NCBI GenBank assembly: GCA_038087875.1
Contig: CM075988.1
Location: forward strand, 11,596,001-11,660,000
Source: Malacoraja senta
Lineage: Eukaryota
Length of the DNA stretch: 64,000 nucleotides
Reading direction: 5' to 3'
Positions 62,753-64,000 of this stretch are shown here, piece by piece (the stretch's first letter is position 1; each line of letters starts with the position of its first letter). The notes under the pieces were generated by a model that saw only the letters and a list, made by a program, of their open reading frames with translations, was not told where the DNA came from and did not search any database. Position numbers and translations under genes: made by a program.

Positions 62753-63654
62753 AACAGTTCTCCCAGTAAATGTAGTTTGGTTAGTGAAAGGCTTGGCTAT
62801 AGCTTGAAGGCAGCAGGCAGTGGGAATGTCTCTTAGGTATAACACGTACGGGAGTTATAATCCAGAAGACAGACTTTAGCATCTGAGACCAAACTATTTT
62901 TTCTCATTATCCTGAATGCATCATGTAATTTAAACATTTTTCTTAATATTAAGTTGTGCGCATGGCGAAGTACAAGAAAACACACCCGTAAAAAGCATTG
63001 TGTGTTGTGTGTGGTGCTTCATTCTTGTACATACTGTGAAGGGAATTCAGCAGTGAACATACAAGAGATATTTGAATTACATTTTGTGGAACCTGTGCAG
63101 TCACAGAGCTGAAATTTAAGATATAAATAGACCTGGCAACTTGCATGCATGCAACATGGATAAATAATTAAAATGCTTAGCATCCCATGTTGCATCTTCC
63201 TAGTGTGCCTTTGCAAATTATCTCCCACGTCTTGCCAATTCAATATTTATTGAAGGCTTTGGCCTGTCCCACAGGAGCAAATAAAAAAACAATTAAATAA
63301 CTACTCCCCCAGTTTTCCATCTGATGCAAATGTTCCACAAAAGAGATCTCCTTTAAAAAAGAGGCCATTTGCAGCCAACGTGGTTTTTTAAAATCAAATC
63401 TATTTATTCTTTTTAGGGGGATTCTGGTCATCACTACCTCAACTAGAATTTACTAACCATCTATAATTGCCCTTGTCTGGTGGTAAACCAGTTTCTTGAA
63501 TGACAACAGTCCTTTTTGTGAAAGTAGTCTGAAATGCTTCCGGGAAGGAACTTCCAGCGTTTGAACCCACCAACAATAAAGGAATGATTTTATATTTCCA
63601 AGCCCCAGGATTGCGTCTGTCTGGGAGTGGAACCTGTGGGTGGTGGTGTTTACA

Positions 63655-63895
63655 TTAGTTTAGTTTAGAGATACAGCACAGAAGCAGGCTCTTCGGCCCA
63701 ACGAGTACACGTTGACAAGCAATGCCTGCACACTTGCACATACACACTAAATACAATTTACAATTTTCACCAAAGCCAATTAACCTACAAACCTGTGCAT
63801 CTTTGCAATGTGGGAGGAAACTGGAGCAACTGGGGAAAACCCACATGGTCACAGGGAGAACGTACAAACACCATACAGGCAGCACCCATGGTCAG
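63655..63895 (-). mobile_element. HE1/V-SINE
   Basis: (TTTAG)n tail and V-domain. Confidence 0.85.
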
Positions 63896-64000
63896 ATCTG
63901 ATGACAAGCTGCCCTTTCCCTGCTTGGTAATTGTATTTGCAGCTTTGCTAGGGATAGCTTTAGTAACTGTAGTACTTGTTGAAGATGGTAAACTTGATGG

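Overview
Repeat-rich, gene-poor vertebrate DNA, most likely intronic or intergenic sequence from a cartilaginous fish, probably a skate or ray (inferred from many HE1/V-SINE-type SINEs and shark/ray-type CR1 LINE ends). I cannot support any intact host protein-coding gene. Recognisable coding remnants are all from transposons: a young, near-complete but disabled CR1 LINE (43.6-47.2 kb, minus), two Penelope-like GIY-YIG 3' fragments, a Rex1/Babar-like RT fragment, an L1-clade 3' end and many short CR1 relics. There are also three PIF/Harbinger-type MITEs, an AFC-like CORE-SINE and a G-rich hexamer satellite. The most interesting signals are RNA structures. (1) Two sequence-distinct families of ~140-170 bp non-coding retroposons start with a minimal ~53-nt HDV-like ribozyme fold, whose P2 and P3 helices covary between families, and end in a stem-loop plus an (AAG)n tail. 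(2) Many ~100-250 bp Penelope-derived units, often palindromic, carry minimal hammerhead cores and 9-14 bp target-site duplications (TSDs). (3) A U_UUA_AAC slippery heptamer sits in exactly the phase needed to fuse CR1 ORF1 to ORF2 by -1 frameshifting. Repeat boundaries were read by eye and are approximate unless a TSD is given.
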